From the NCBI RefSeq assembly GCF_009914755.1, contig NC_060934.1: DNA of 64,000 bases; one strand, written 5' to 3'. Below the pieces are notes generated by a model. The model saw nothing but the letters and a program-made list of their open reading frames with translations. It made no database searches and was not told the origin of the DNA. The stretch comes from the human T2T-CHM13v2.0 reference genome, Homo sapiens. The translations under genes and the position numbers were made by a program. The stretch's first letter is position 1; each line of letters opens with the position of its first letter. This document shows positions 16,335 through 34,677 of the stretch, piece by piece.

Positions 16335-16627
16335 TTATTTTTTTTGAGACAGGATCTCACTGTGTCACCCAGGCTGGAATGCAGTGGTGCAACCTGGGCT
16401 CACAGCAACCTCCGCCTTCTGGGTTCCAGCAATTCTTGTGCCACAACCTCCCAAATAGCTAGGATTACAGGTGTGCGTCACCATGCCTGGCCAATTTTTT
16501 TATTTTTAGTGGAAGCAGGGTTTCACCATGTTGGCCAGGCTGGTCTCAAACTACTGACCTCAAGTGATCCACCCACCTCGGCTTCCCAAAGTGCTGGGAT
16601 TACAGGCATGAGCCTCCGTGCCCGGCC
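16335..16627 (-). mobile_element. Alu
   Basis: Reverse Alu consensus; flanking direct repeat agaggtggc. Confidence 0.93.
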
Positions 16628-17169
16628 AGAGGTGGCATCTTTCATGGGTTTCTGCTCAAGCAGAGGAACTACACTGAAGGAGACCACACAGAGTGTGCAA
16701 AAATCCCATTTTTTTCCTGGGATTCTGGGCTTTCCCCATAACTGTAACTAAGGACAAAATGGGATCATAGGAGGAGGAGCAGAAGACACTTCCCGGAGGC
16801 TTGAGGGTGGCTTCCATCTGCCTTATGCAGGGGCTGAGGTGTAACATTCCTCTGCGCTTATGCAATCCACAGCTCTGCGGTGAAGCCCCCCGTGCTCTTG
16901 CGGCCATTGGAGGGAGGGGTTTCTGCAGTGTCTCAGCTGGAATCTAGCCTGGGAATCTTGGGCTGTCTGGTGGGCATGGAATAATTACTTTGAGACTCTA
17001 GAGAAGCCCAGGGCGATGCTGGCAGGAGGAAGTGTAAGGTCCTTTGGTGACTGTGGCCACTGGGTGTGTACTTTAGGCATCTGCTTTCCTTACTACTGAA
17101 TAATGCATGCTGCTTCCTTTGATCTTTGAGAAATGGTATGGAAAGACAAACCGTGACCGTCTGCAGGTA

Positions 17170-17191
17170 TGTGTGTGTGTGTGTGTGTGTG
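17170..17191. repeat. (TG)n microsatellite
   Basis: Direct observation. Confidence 0.95.
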
Positions 17192-17834
17192 CGAACGTGC
17201 TCTGAGTAGGGGTGGGAAGGGCTGCCCCACTTCCTCCCACGCCGTGTTGTTTTATCCCAGGTGACTGAACTGCCGAAGGAAGAGGCCTGAGGTCATTTAT
17301 CAGCAACACCATGCCTAACAATATTCTCAGAAAGATTTCCATCTGAGGGTCTCCAAGTGTTTCTAACAAGTGGGCCCGTGGGAACCCCAAATGGCAGGTG
17401 TTACGGATGTTCTCCAAGAGTCCTGAGAGCCGGAGGGCCTCTTTGCTCAGAGGGACTTGGTGGTGGTCTTTACATTTAACCAAGAATCTTAATGACAAGC
17501 AGCCCACCATGGTCCAGAACTGCAGGAATTCCAACTCTCATGTAAGACAAATGAGATAATTCCGTGAGAAAATGTAATTGACAACCATATAGTAGGTCGA
17601 GAAGATTTTGACAAGGACAGTCTTTGCAAAGTCCACTCGGAACCACTTGTAGGGTTAGGAAAGCCACCAAGCGTTTTCCTAACGAATTCTCACCAGTTAT
17701 CACCACGTTTATTCTTACCCACAAAACATCTAAAGATAATAGTGGCATGCCATTCTCCTTAAGATTATTTCTACTGTCCCCTGAAAGTCCCATATTCTGG
17801 TCTTAACCCCCCAATGCCTTGAGGACATGGACTG

Positions 17835-17985
17835 AACCACCTGACCTTGAGTTTGATTTTCCTTATCAGTAAAATGGGGATAACAATTTCCTTTCCAATT
17901 ATTTTACTGGGTTTGGTGAGGCATAAATGAAGTGACTTGGAAATATAAAACACACTACAAGTATTAGATCTATATTATTTATTTC
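17835..17985 (+). mobile_element. MIR fragment
   Basis: ttccttatcagtaaaatggggataacaat MIR core-like motif. Confidence 0.6.
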
Positions 17986-18074
17986 TGCTGATGAGTATCT
18001 ATAGATAATCTGAACTCCACAGTTTTGCCTTTGTTCTTTAGTATGTCTTAGCATTTATAGGAAACTTTACTAGA

Positions 18075-18269
<195 letters not shown>

Positions 18270-18295
18270 GAAGATTTTGTTTTAAAAGAGATGGG

Positions 18296-18296
<1 letters not shown>

Positions 18297-18327
<31 letters not shown>

Positions 18328-18337
18328 ATGTGTGTGT
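18297..18337. repeat. (TG)n microsatellite
   Basis: Direct observation. Confidence 0.95.
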
Positions 18338-18352
18338 ACTGGTCACCGTGTC

Positions 18353-19154
<802 letters not shown>

Positions 19155-19514
19155 CCGTATATCATTAAAGTGGGACACAATGCCCATATTTAGCCCAACT
19201 TGCTCTCTTCTTGTGGCTCTATGCCTCATTGCACAACTCATCATAATTACGCAAATTTGCCCCCGGGGCAAACAGGGGCTGTGGTGCAGGATGAGACTGA
19301 TGCGATCTCGCACAATTCCTCATTCTTAGTCCTCTGCCAGTTTTTCAGCATCAAGTCACTTCATGTTTGTCTAATGATCCACGAGGTGAATGCCACTCAT
19401 GCTCAGCCGCAACCCTAACTCTGCCGCGTTGGGATTTCTCATGCTGTCCACCCCACCGCAGACAGCCCATGTCAGGATCTCAAGGAATCGTTCTTTTATT
19501 AACTTATATTTTAA

Positions 19515-19828
<314 letters not shown>

Positions 19829-20170
19829 CTGGAATCATTCTTTTAGAGATCATGGGCACAGCCAAGACGACAGATCCATGTAAGCTTGTTTCTTGAAAGT
19901 TGAAAAAGAAGGTACCTGTCTGTCCTTCTCTCATACCCCCTCTGTCCTACAAGGGCATGCTCTAAACCTGCAGATATTTATGTTGTCCTCTAGAATGTGA
20001 TTCTGGGCTTTGGCTTGGTTCTCCCACCTACAGATGAGATGACGTCATCTGATCATTAGCAAAGCATGTTGAAGGTATTGAATAAAGACCATTTATTTCA
20101 ATATCAACAAGAGTGATAGCATTTAGACCTAAACTGCAAATGTGGCCCAAGGATGATTACTTAAACTCCA

Positions 20171-20457
<287 letters not shown>

Positions 20458-20882
20458 AGCAGAGGCTCCCAGACCAATTTGGACAAGATCTGCACCCTCC
20501 CAAGAACACCCATAAAGCAGAAATTTTAAGCCTTTTCCTTTATGTCATGATTTGTTCTCAGTGCAGTGTAGGCAACAAAACTCGGTGATTTCTCAGGAAA
20601 TATGCAAATCCTTGCTCCCTTGGAAAGTAACCAATTAAAAAATAATTTTCTGAGCATCGGCTATGTGCCTAGTACAGTGATAGGCCATGGAAGATGAGCT
20701 TAAAAATCCACTCAGAAAAATGCTGGTACCAACTTCTCCTCCAGCCTAAAGAAGCATATTTCAGCCCATCTCCAGATGGCAAGCACAGTCCTGTTTCTTT
20801 GGTTATCACTGCTGGGGAAGGTTAGTGCTTTTAGACGAAGCATAATTGAAATGTGATGAATGTCCCTAAAGAGTGCATTGCC

Positions 20883-21321
<439 letters not shown>

Positions 21322-21364
21322 GAGTTCATAGCTAATCCCTTTGGGCAAGGGCAAACTTATACAG

Positions 21365-22481
21365 GTGAAATATTAGATTCCTGATGTAATCTTAGAGACC
21401 AGAATAGATGCCCCTTTATCAACTACACCAGACTCTAAGGTTAAGTTACCTACAGGTCGAGGGTTCAGGGCCAGCTGGCCTAGCAAATTTCTCAATTTCT
21501 GTGGCTAAACTCTCTACCAATAGGAGCTGTCAATGCTGGTTTACAACCCAGACCATTACAACTCTGACTGGACAGAGGGCCAGCCTTACAAACATTCTCT
21601 TCTGAGGAGCTACTGTAGACTTTAGGCCAGTTTCAGCAGTTCGCAGAGGCTGCACACAAACCATCTTTGTGTCCTATAGTTCACCTGGTGAGGTAAAGCG
21701 CCTCAAATTCCACCTCATTTTAATGCTAAAAGCCATCCCAGGAAGGAATGGGAGGTCATGATGTAAAGTGAAATAGGCCAGGCACAGAAAGACAAAGTTC
21801 ATATTTTCTCACTTATTTGTGGGAGCTAAAAATGAAAACCATTGAACTCATGGAGACAGAATAGAAGGATGGTTACCAGAGGTTGGAAAGGGTAGTGAGG
21901 GTGGGAGAGGTGGGGATCGTTAATGGGTACACAAAAATAGAAAGAATGAATAAGACCTAGTATTTGATAGCACAACAGGGTAACTGTGGTCAATAATGAT
22001 TGAATTGTACATTTTAATGTAAGTAAAAGAGTAGAAGTGGATTGTTTGTAACACAAAGGATAAATGCTTGAGGGGGTGGATACCCCATTTGCCCTGATGT
22101 GGTTATTACACATTACATGCCTGTATCAAAATATCTCATGTACCCCATAAATATAGACACCTACTATGTACCCACAACAATTAAAAATTTAAAAAACCAA
22201 AGTAAACATGGTAAGTATGTCACCAATATGTCTACCTATGGCACACACACTCGACACTCCTTCGTAACTATGCATAACTTTTCCCCAAACCTGCTGAATG
22301 TGTATGACTCTATTATGTAATAAGAACACCGTGAGTCATAAAACCCGACCTGCCCTTCTCCTTTTCAAAAAGAGCACCTTCAGTCCACGCTGGAGACTTT
22401 CTCTTCTCAGCTTGCAAACCGGTACTGCCAATACAGCCCTTTCTCCTAGTTAGCCACCTCGGTGGCCTTTTGGATGATACT
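21365..22481 (+). mobile_element. ERV1 LTR (MER39/MER34-like) split by an L1 insertion
   Basis: agaccagaatagatgcccct, ccacctcattttaatgctaaaa and ggtggccttttggatga end motifs; 5' boundary approximate. Confidence 0.6.
21757..22196 (+). mobile_element. L1MA 3' end (L1MA2/3-like)
   Basis: ataagacctagtatttgatagcacaacaggg; catgtaccccataaatata..tatgtacccaca. Confidence 0.85.
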
Positions 22482-23899
22482 GATGGTGCATCTAGGCATT
22501 CTGACAGCCACTCACGCCACCTAACCTCAATCAAGGAACTATCAAAGTACTTCTCTGAGGAACTGAATGGAAAGGTCTTTCGACATGAGCACCAATTTTC
22601 TTTTCTCTCTGAAGGTTTGCATGTAAAGAAGATTGGGAGCTGGTGATTTCTTGATTTCTCTTATAGCTGTAAGATGTATAATTTGTGGAAATCTTTCTGA
22701 TAAAAAAACTAAACAGACTCTGTCATTTTACGACCTATGTTTGCAAAGCTTTCAGACATCACTGTGATGACTAATTTTTGATGGTGGATCATCTTCTTCT
22801 GTCAGTGCAGAACCCAGAATAGGCAGGATTCAATCCTGCAGCCAGAAAGTGCGGGAAGAGCTGAGGGTCCATATTCCCTGACTCGCTCCTGTCTCATGGG
22901 ACAAGTCCGCTGCCTCCTGCAGGGGCTGATGGATGGGCACCTTCAGTTGGCTGTTGGAAGCCACACTGGAAGAGGGAGAGGAGCAGATGGAAAAGGCTTG
23001 GCGGGAAAGCTGTGCCGTCTTATTGGTCTCTTTCCAGGGAACACGCAACGTTCCAGGCAGGCTTCCTGTGAGAGTTTCCCATGGGACGGGACTCACATTT
23101 CTAAATGAGATGTATCCACGCCCTGGCCAATGTCCTCTCTATCACCCACCTGTCTCCTTAGTGAGTTCAAGCACATCAGAAACACTGTTGGACCATGTAG
23201 GAATCCTATTCCACACTTCCTCCTGCTCCACCGGAAGCACACAATGGCAGCCCCGCTGTCTCATATCCATATTTTAATTTTCTGCAACTTGGATAGATTA
23301 TGACTACATTTTCCTGCTCTATTGTATAAAGTAGGGGGGTGGAAGGGAAGAGAAAGTGAGAGGGGCGTCTGCTGTGGCCATGCCTCCTGCCTGCTGGGAA
23401 AGAGAGAGGAAGGTAGGAAGGCAGTGTTCACAGTTTGGGAAAAATAGCAAAACAAAGCCAAACACCTTTCCTCGCCTTTCTGCTATTAAAGAGATGAGAG
23501 GTTCGTTCTCTGAAGAAGAACAGGAAGCAGGGATGAAGTGGACCGGAAGTGCAGGAATTACATGGAATTCTATACCCAGTGTGGAGACTGTTCCCTCCCG
23601 ATCCCTGGATGTGGGAGGACATGTCCCAGGCAGGAAGGGAAGGGTTTTTTCTGGAGAGAATGGAGAGCCAGAGAGGAAAGATGTCCAGATACCAAGACAC
23701 TGATATTCGGGGTTCCCCAGGGAAAGAACCAGCTTGCGACGGGATCACGTCACAGGGACACCCACTGGGGGACCATCCCACCCTGAAATGGAGCATCTGC
23801 TTAGTTTCTAAGTGTGAAGCAACAGACCAGGGCCAGCAGACAACTGAGGAAGCCTCGTACAGGAAAGAGAGACCAACACAAATAAACTGGAAAAAAAGA

Positions 23900-25750
<1,851 letters not shown>

Positions 25751-26881
25751 TGAAAAAGCAGAAATAAGCGGCTTATTTTACCTTGACAACTTAGATTTTA
25801 ATATACAGTAGGAACCGTTCCCCAAGAGACAGGGAGGGAGCAGATACTAAACCTACGCTGGGTAAACCCAGGCATCCGGGTATCAGCATCGGGATGGGTT
25901 ATCTGGGTCTAACACTACCCTCTGGGCTCTTCAAGGTCCCCAAAGCACCAGGGGGCTGTGTGGGTGGCACAAAGAGAATCACAGCCAAGAGAAAAAAACT
26001 CGGGTCTAAATCCAAAGAGCTAATCACATGCCTGGCATGGGACTAAGAACTTTGCATGCTTTATCTCACTGAATCTTCCCAAGAAGGTTGTGGTTAGAGC
26101 CTTATAACATCCTTGCTCAATTAGAGAGGAAAGGGAAGCTTGGAGACGTTACAGGAGGTGCCCACATTTATCCCTTTTACCAAGGGGCATGGCTGGGAAA
26201 AGAACCTGGGTCTGCCTGGCAGCAAAAGCTGAACTGTCAATCACTCAGCAGTGCCCTTCATGATCTTTACACTGACACAGGTTACACAGGCTATCCAGCC
26301 ATCCCCCAGTCCTTTGTCTCTGAGTCACTTAGCCTCTCTGTACCTACTTCCTCCTCTGCAAAGCCAGCGATTCTCGCTCCATCTCACGCAGAGATGCTGA
26401 GGCTCAAATATCATAGTATATATAAAAAATTTAAAAATAAATTTAAATGGCAATTTGTACAAATGAAAATATTATTCTTGATCACGGGAGGGAGACAGGG
26501 GGCCTTGGGATGCGACTTGGTCTCCTATATCAACTTGAAAGATGCTGTCCCTTGGTCATTTGTGGTCATTTATGTGCCCAAGCCCAAGGAAAGATTTTGA
26601 GAAGAGAGGGCTGGGTTCTGGGGTGACATTCAGCATGTGGGCTGATGCTGTCGGGACCTTGATCCTAAATGTGGCTGGCTGCAAAGGTGTCATCACCTCC
26701 ACTCAGGGCGTCTGTAGTATTTAGTTCTGACATTTATTCTTTTTAATTTTCCCTGAATCGCAAAGTCCTAGGCGTGCATGATGTTCAGAGGCCTTCAGTG
26801 CCAGCTCAGCATTTGGGACAAGACAGTACTGAACGCAACTCCTCTCCCTTTCCCCAAGCGTCTGCCCAAGTAGGCTTTGGG

Positions 26882-26885
<4 letters not shown>

Positions 26886-26912
<27 letters not shown>

Positions 26913-27182
26913 GAGACGGACTCTCGCTCTGGCACCCAGGCTGGAGTGCAATGGTGCGATCTCGGCTTACTGCAACCTCAGCCTCCCGGGTTCGCTCAAG
27001 CAATTCTCCTGAGTGAGCCTCCTGAGTAGCTGGGATTACAGGCGCCTGCCACCACGCCCGGCTAACTTTTGTATTTTTAGTAGAGATGGCATCTCACCAT
27101 GTTGGTCAGGCTGGTCTCGAACTCCTGACCTCTTGATCCACCCGCCTCTGCCTCCCAAAGTGCTGGGATTACAGGCGTGGGC
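26886..27182 (-). mobile_element. Alu (AluS-like)
   Basis: Long poly-T followed by reverse Alu. Confidence 0.93.
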
Positions 27183-27691
27183 CGGGGACAATTTTTTACT
27201 TGCCCTGCTGGAGAGTGATTTCGCGGATTCAGCCTTGCCATGCATTTACTTCGCTGCCCAAGGCTGCCACCTGGTGGAGACTGCTCACCTTTCATTTCTG
27301 AACTTGGTTTCAAAGCGCTTTCACATTTATTTTTTAAAAAAACCTGATACTCTTACAATCTGTATGTAAGTTCAGTATTATTATTTCCACTTTATAATGA
27401 GAAAATGGGGTCTTAGAGGAAAGAATCTAAAAGTACCTGGAACTGCATTATGGTATCTTTTCCCTCCATTCGGCAAAACCCCAAAATGCTGTCCTCTTAG
27501 TGTGCTGGGTTTGAGACCAGTTTAAGTCCTGGCTCAGCAACTGTCCCAAAATGAGGTCTTTTCACAGAACTGAATTTGATCATTACCAGGCCCTCCGTTA
27601 TTCTGAACATTTGTAATTGGTGGAACTATTCTGTGCAGTGAATGTGTTGAGGTAGTTACAGAAGGAAAGTGATGGCTGATACTACCATTCC

Positions 27692-27694
<3 letters not shown>

Positions 27695-27732
<38 letters not shown>
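27695..27732. repeat. (GT)n microsatellite
   Basis: Direct observation. Confidence 0.97.
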
Positions 27733-27734
<2 letters not shown>

Positions 27735-27964
27735 AGGTTTAATGGGTTTTTGCAATCCCTAGGGCCTGAGTTTAATTACATTTTAAAATCCAGGCAGCGG
27801 TATCTCCCTAGACTCCTTTGAATCCATCCATCGAACACCTCACAGACAAGCGCACGAGGAGAGCCTCCCTCCAGGGTACACCATAGCCTGGCCATTCATT
27901 AGGCATGTGATCTCATCTTCATTCACTGGGAAAACAGGGATAAAAGGCCGCATCTATCTCTTGC

Positions 27965-28066
27965 GTTGATGGGTGCAGCAAACCATCATGGCACATGTAT
28001 ACCTATGTAACAAACCTGCACATTCTGCACGTGTATCCCAGAACTTAAAGTATAATAACAATAAAA
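27965..28066 (+). mobile_element. Short L1PA 3' tail
   Basis: gggtgcagcaaaccatcatggcacatgtatacctatgtaacaaacctgcac...cagaacttaaagtataataa. Confidence 0.9.
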
Positions 28067-28130
28067 CACTTTTTAGAAAATTCAGGACACTCTGGGCTTT
28101 ACATTTATTTATTTATTTAAAAAAAGAATT

Positions 28131-28427
28131 GGCTGGGTGCGGTGGCTCACGCCTGTAATCTCAGCCCTTTGGGAGGCCAAGGTGGGTGGATCATGAGGTC
28201 AGGAGTTCGAGACCGGCCTGACTAACATGGTGAAACCCCATCTCTACTAAAAATACAAAAATTAGCCAGGTGTGGTGGCTGGTGCCTGTAATTCCACCTG
28301 CTCAGGAGGCTGAGGCAGAGAATCGCTTGAACCCAGGAGGCAGAGGTTGCAGTGAGCCGAGATTATGCCATTACACTACAGCCTGGGCTACAGAGTGAGA
28401 CTCCATCTCCAAGAAAAAAAAAAAAAG
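28131..28427 (+). mobile_element. Alu (AluS-like)
   Basis: Alu consensus. Confidence 0.93.
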
Positions 28428-29137
28428 ACTTATTTAATCTTCCATCAATGTTCTGACAACCAAGAGAAAATTCCTTACTGAGATCACAGGAATGGCTAAA
28501 CCCATCAAATCTTCACTTGAAAGTTCTCTGGTTTGTCCATCTGGAATTTGCCCTGACTGAATGCACTACCCTTAAATTCCTTAGTAGAACTTTTATTCTA
28601 ACTAATCCTCACACTTCAGGACTTCAGACGAGTCCCTGACATTTTACCCAGGTAAAAGGTAGAACTTAAGCTGTGAATTCAGAAAAACATCTGTTAATTT
28701 GCTTTCTGTGGCCCTACATTAGTCAGCTGGTGTATACCTCAAACTCTTCCGCTTCTTGTTAATTACATTTTTAGAGTAAGGGGAAATCCTAGGTTTAGTA
28801 TTATTTGATTTATTTCAAGGTAGAATGCATTTTGGCCTCCAAATTAATTACCATCAATAAACTTATGCAAAATTCACTCTCAAAAAAAAAAAAAGCAGTG
28901 TCTATCTCAAAAGGCGTTGTGAAGACTCAGTTAAACAATTCACATAAAGCACTCAGCAACAAGCCTACACATCATGTGAACTTTGTAGGAATGAACCGTT
29001 CTTGTCTATTACTGTTAATGAGCAGCCCTAAGGCGGTGTGACGGAGGTTGCATTCATGAGACATTCATTGCATTAGTTATGTGCATGCCGGGGGTAGCCA
29101 GTGGAGTGGGTGTTTCTTTTTTAAAATGTTCTTTTAG

Positions 29138-29453
<316 letters not shown>

Positions 29454-30112
29454 CTAACCTCAGTGATATTCCGCAAGTCCATCTTCCCCGGGAGGAGGTG
29501 TGTGCTGTAAAGGGGTGTAGGCATTTTGGGTCATCCCACAAAAGGAGGCACTACAAGCTTATGGAGCAATTGGATACAGGACAAGGGGCTGTCGCTCTCA
29601 ATTAGGAATCATCTCTTGAACAAACATTTTTGTAAAGAAGATACACAAATGGCCAACAGCATGTGGACATATGCTCAACATCACTAGTCTACAGGGAAAC
29701 GCAAATCAAAACCACAATGAGATACACCTCACACCCATTGGGATGGTCATCAATTTAATAAAGCAAAATAGAAAATAACAAATGTTGGAGAGGATGTGGA
29801 GAAACTGGAACCCTTGGGCACTGTTGGTAGAAATGTAAAATGGTGCAGCTGCTATGGAAAACAGTAGGGATGGCTCCTCAAAAAATGAAAAATAGAAGTA
29901 CCCTATGATCTGGCAATACCACCTATAGGTATATACCCTGAACAACTGGGAATAGGGTCTCGAGGAGATATTTAGACATCCATGTTCATAACAGCATTAT
30001 TCATGATAGGCAAAAGGTTTTGGAAATAACCCGTGCCTTTTGATGTATGAATGGATCAACAAAAGGTGATCTACACAGACAATAAAATGTTATTTAGCCT
30101 TAAAAAGGAAGG

Positions 30113-30841
<729 letters not shown>

Positions 30842-31458
30842 TGATTCCACTTATATGAAGTACTAGAGTGGTTAAATTCATGGAGACAAAAAGTAATGGT
30901 TACCAGGGGCTGAGGAAAACGGGGAAGGGGAGTTGTTTAATGAGTACAGAGTTTCAGTTTAGCAGATGAAAAGAGCTCTTGGGTGAATGACGGTGGGGAT
31001 GGTTATACAACATTGTGAGTGTACTGAATGCCACTGAACTGCACACTTAAAAATGGCGGAGACTACAAACTGACTTCCGTGTATGCTGCTCGAGTGAAGG
31101 GTGCGCCAAATTCTCACAAATCACCACTAAAGAACTTACTCATGTAACTAAATACCACCTGTTCCCCAAAAACCTATGGAAATATAAAAATATTTTCCAA
31201 AATGGTTAAGATAGTAAATGTATGTGCATTTTACAATTTTTTTTAAAAAAGAAACTGTCTCAAAGTGACAATAGCGTCCCTTTGAAAGACGCTGCTAGAC
31301 CAACTAAAAATGGTCAAATATACACGTATTTGGTTATAAGAAGCTCATTCCTATCTGCAAGACCTGTCTAAGTTGACTGGTGCATTTGTCATACTTGTCT
31401 AGGCTTTTCACCTTTGTCTCAGTTGACAAAGAAATCTTTAAAATCAGGAGACCTTTAA

Positions 31459-31833
<375 letters not shown>

Positions 31834-32013
31834 AGGAATCACATTATTAAATGGTGCCGTTAGCTTCATAACATTCCATTTATTTATAGTAATTAATTTA
31901 TAAATGACTTCTCCTAATCAATAAAATGGCCTAAGGGGTAACACTTTGGAATTTCCAGCTTCAAATGATACTTTCAGGTTTCAGAGGGAAATTGAGGGAG
32001 AGGGAGTTCCTAC

Positions 32014-32098
32014 CTTGTAGATGCAGGACTTCGCGTTCAGAAAGAAAAGCTCAATGGTAGCATTATCCTTCAGGTATGAAATGCTTTCTATATAGAAC
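32014..32098 (-). CDS. FRMD4A: FRMD4A coding exon (probably exon 6), 85 nt, (R)FYIESISYLKDNATIELFFLNAKSCIYK
   Basis: Minus strand: tttttctctttcag|GTTCTAT...TACAAG|gtagga; phase 2 to 0; peptide visible in ORF 31981..32229. Confidence 0.97.
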
Positions 32099-32483
32099 CT
32101 GAAAGAGAAAAATGGTGCGTGAACCACAGAAACAGCAGGTGCAGAAAATAAAGTGCTCTCTTGAGCTACATGATTTGAGATGAAAGCTGGCATTCCCCAT
32201 CCTAAATAAACAAAGGAAAAAGGCACCATCCATGGTTTTTCTATGATTCCCTAGGGAGGACAAACTGTTTTTGGAGTTTTGATAGTGGCTTAGGGTCACG
32301 CCTAATGGGCCTCACCATAACCAAAGAACTGGGTCTACCACCAATTTGTAAGAACAAATTCTAAAACTAGGCCTCTGATTTCTTTGTCCTATCTGCTTTA
32401 TAATTTTACATAATGTTATTTGTTTTCATCACATTGCTTGTTTGTCCTAAATTGTCATTGAGTTGGATTTTCTTTTCTTCTCC

Positions 32484-32762
32484 TTTTTTTTCTTTTTTTA
32501 GACAGGGTCTCGCTCTGTTGTCCAGGCTGGAGTGCAGTGGTGCATGGCTTACTGCAGCCTTGACCTCCCAGGCTCAAGCAACCTTCCCGCCTCAGCTTCC
32601 TGAGCAGCTGAGACTACAGTTGCATACCACCACGCCTGACTAATTTTTTTTTTTTTTGTAGATACGGAGTCTTCCTTTGTTGCTCAGGCTGGGCTCAAAT
32701 TATCTGCCCACCTCAGCCTCCCGAAATGCTGGGGTAATAGATGTGAGCCACTGTGCCCAGCC
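32484..32762 (-). mobile_element. Alu (AluJ-like, partly deleted)
   Basis: Reverse Alu; flanking direct repeat agttggatttt. Confidence 0.9.
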
Positions 32763-33541
32763 AAGTTGGATTTTTAAAAGATAATTTCTTCTTAATCACA
32801 GCTTTCTTTGAAATGGTTACTACTACTCCCGAAGGTGGTGAAGTGTGATTTGATTTCTGCACATTCGGAGAGCTATGCTAAGTGCTCTTAACACTGTGAT
32901 ATGAATGCATATTAAGCCAAATGAGAATAGGATTTCATCTAGATGGAGCTTATAGATATTTTCAAGATGAAACATGCTGCCATTATTTAAGTTTACACTA
33001 AATGTGCCTTTATAATATTGACTTTGGAGTTTATTAAATTCTTTAATGAGATAATGCGCTTGTACTGTCTAATGACCAGCCGCACTGAAGGACTAGGAGT
33101 TGAAAGGAAGAGCGGGGAAAGGTTGAAATGCAACATCTTGGAGGGAAGAAGGTTCTGAGCAGGTGTAGCTACCCTTAGGGTGGACTAGGAGGGTGCTGGG
33201 TACCTGGGGCTCTTGGAAACTGGGTTCACCAAGAAGAGGCAGAAGGTGAGGAAGGTGAAATGAGAAGAAACAAGTACTACAGTTTTCTAGAATAGTGTTA
33301 TAATCTGAGGGCCAGAATCCTCTGGAGGGAGTCAGAGAGCAGTGATGGAGTCCCCAGCTCTGTGTGACTCAGGGCAGTCACATCATCCTGCTGGGCTTCT
33401 GTTCTTCAGACCGTAAAAGAAGAAGTGGTTCTCTACCTAAGAAGTCCACTGGTTTTTAAATATTGGAAACTGACTACAATCTAAACAACAACAACAGCAG
33501 CAAAAACAAGAGACCAACATCGTATAAGGTGAACAAACTGA

Positions 33542-33772
33542 TGCCCTTAGCTTCAAGAAGTTCTATTCATTTATAGTAATTAATTTAAAGATGACTTCTT
33601 CTAATCAATACAATCACCTGAGGGGCAACAACTTGGAATGTCCAGCTTCAAATGATACTTTTAGATTCCACTGGGAAATGGAAGAGGAGGAGAGTTCCTA
33701 CACTGGAGATACAGGACCTCATGTGTCTTTTTAGAAAGGAAAGCTCAATGGTAGCGTTATCCTTCAGGTATG
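33542..33772 (-). pseudogene. Degenerate partial duplicate (pseudo-exon) of the 85-nt FRMD4A exon plus its donor and about 160 nt of downstream intron
   Basis: Aligns by eye to 31855-32078 at about 80% identity; encodes YLKDNATIELSFLKRHMRSCISS; native acceptor absent. Confidence 0.9.
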
Positions 33773-33801
33773 GTAAAAGATAAAAGGATTTATCCATAAT
33801 T

Positions 33802-34112
<311 letters not shown>

Positions 34113-34677
34113 TTACCATACCTGAAGGATAATAATGCTACTGTTGCATAAACATGAAGATAAAAACCCACGTCTGTAGGCTACATCAAGCCCATGGCCC
34201 ACCAGCTTGCAACCTCTTGTCTACACACTAAATAAATAAATAAAGCTTTCTATCATTTTTCAAATGTGTGCAGAGGCTGCTGTGATGAATACAATTCAAG
34301 TTTTTTTGAAATTGGTGAGTGAATTTGGAGTAACTTCAGACATTAAATTTTCTCAATCCACAGATATCATTAGTACAATTCTTATCATCTCAGGTTCTAC
34401 AAAATTTGGAGGAATTACGCAGTGGTCCTCATACTTGTAAAGCCTGAAAATTAATGGACTGGCTGATCTCTGCCCATAACCCCTGCCCCTGCCAAGCACC
34501 TGCCCCCTGCTTCTGGAGCAGGTGTCTTATATCACCAAGGTCTTCATATAGGGCCCACCATGGTCTCAGAGGCACAGTAAAGTTAAACAACTTTTAGTTC
34601 TTTAAGAATGGAGAGCAAAATTGCAGTAGCAAATTTTACATCTCAAAGCAAAATAAATTTGATATGATTTGATTTTC

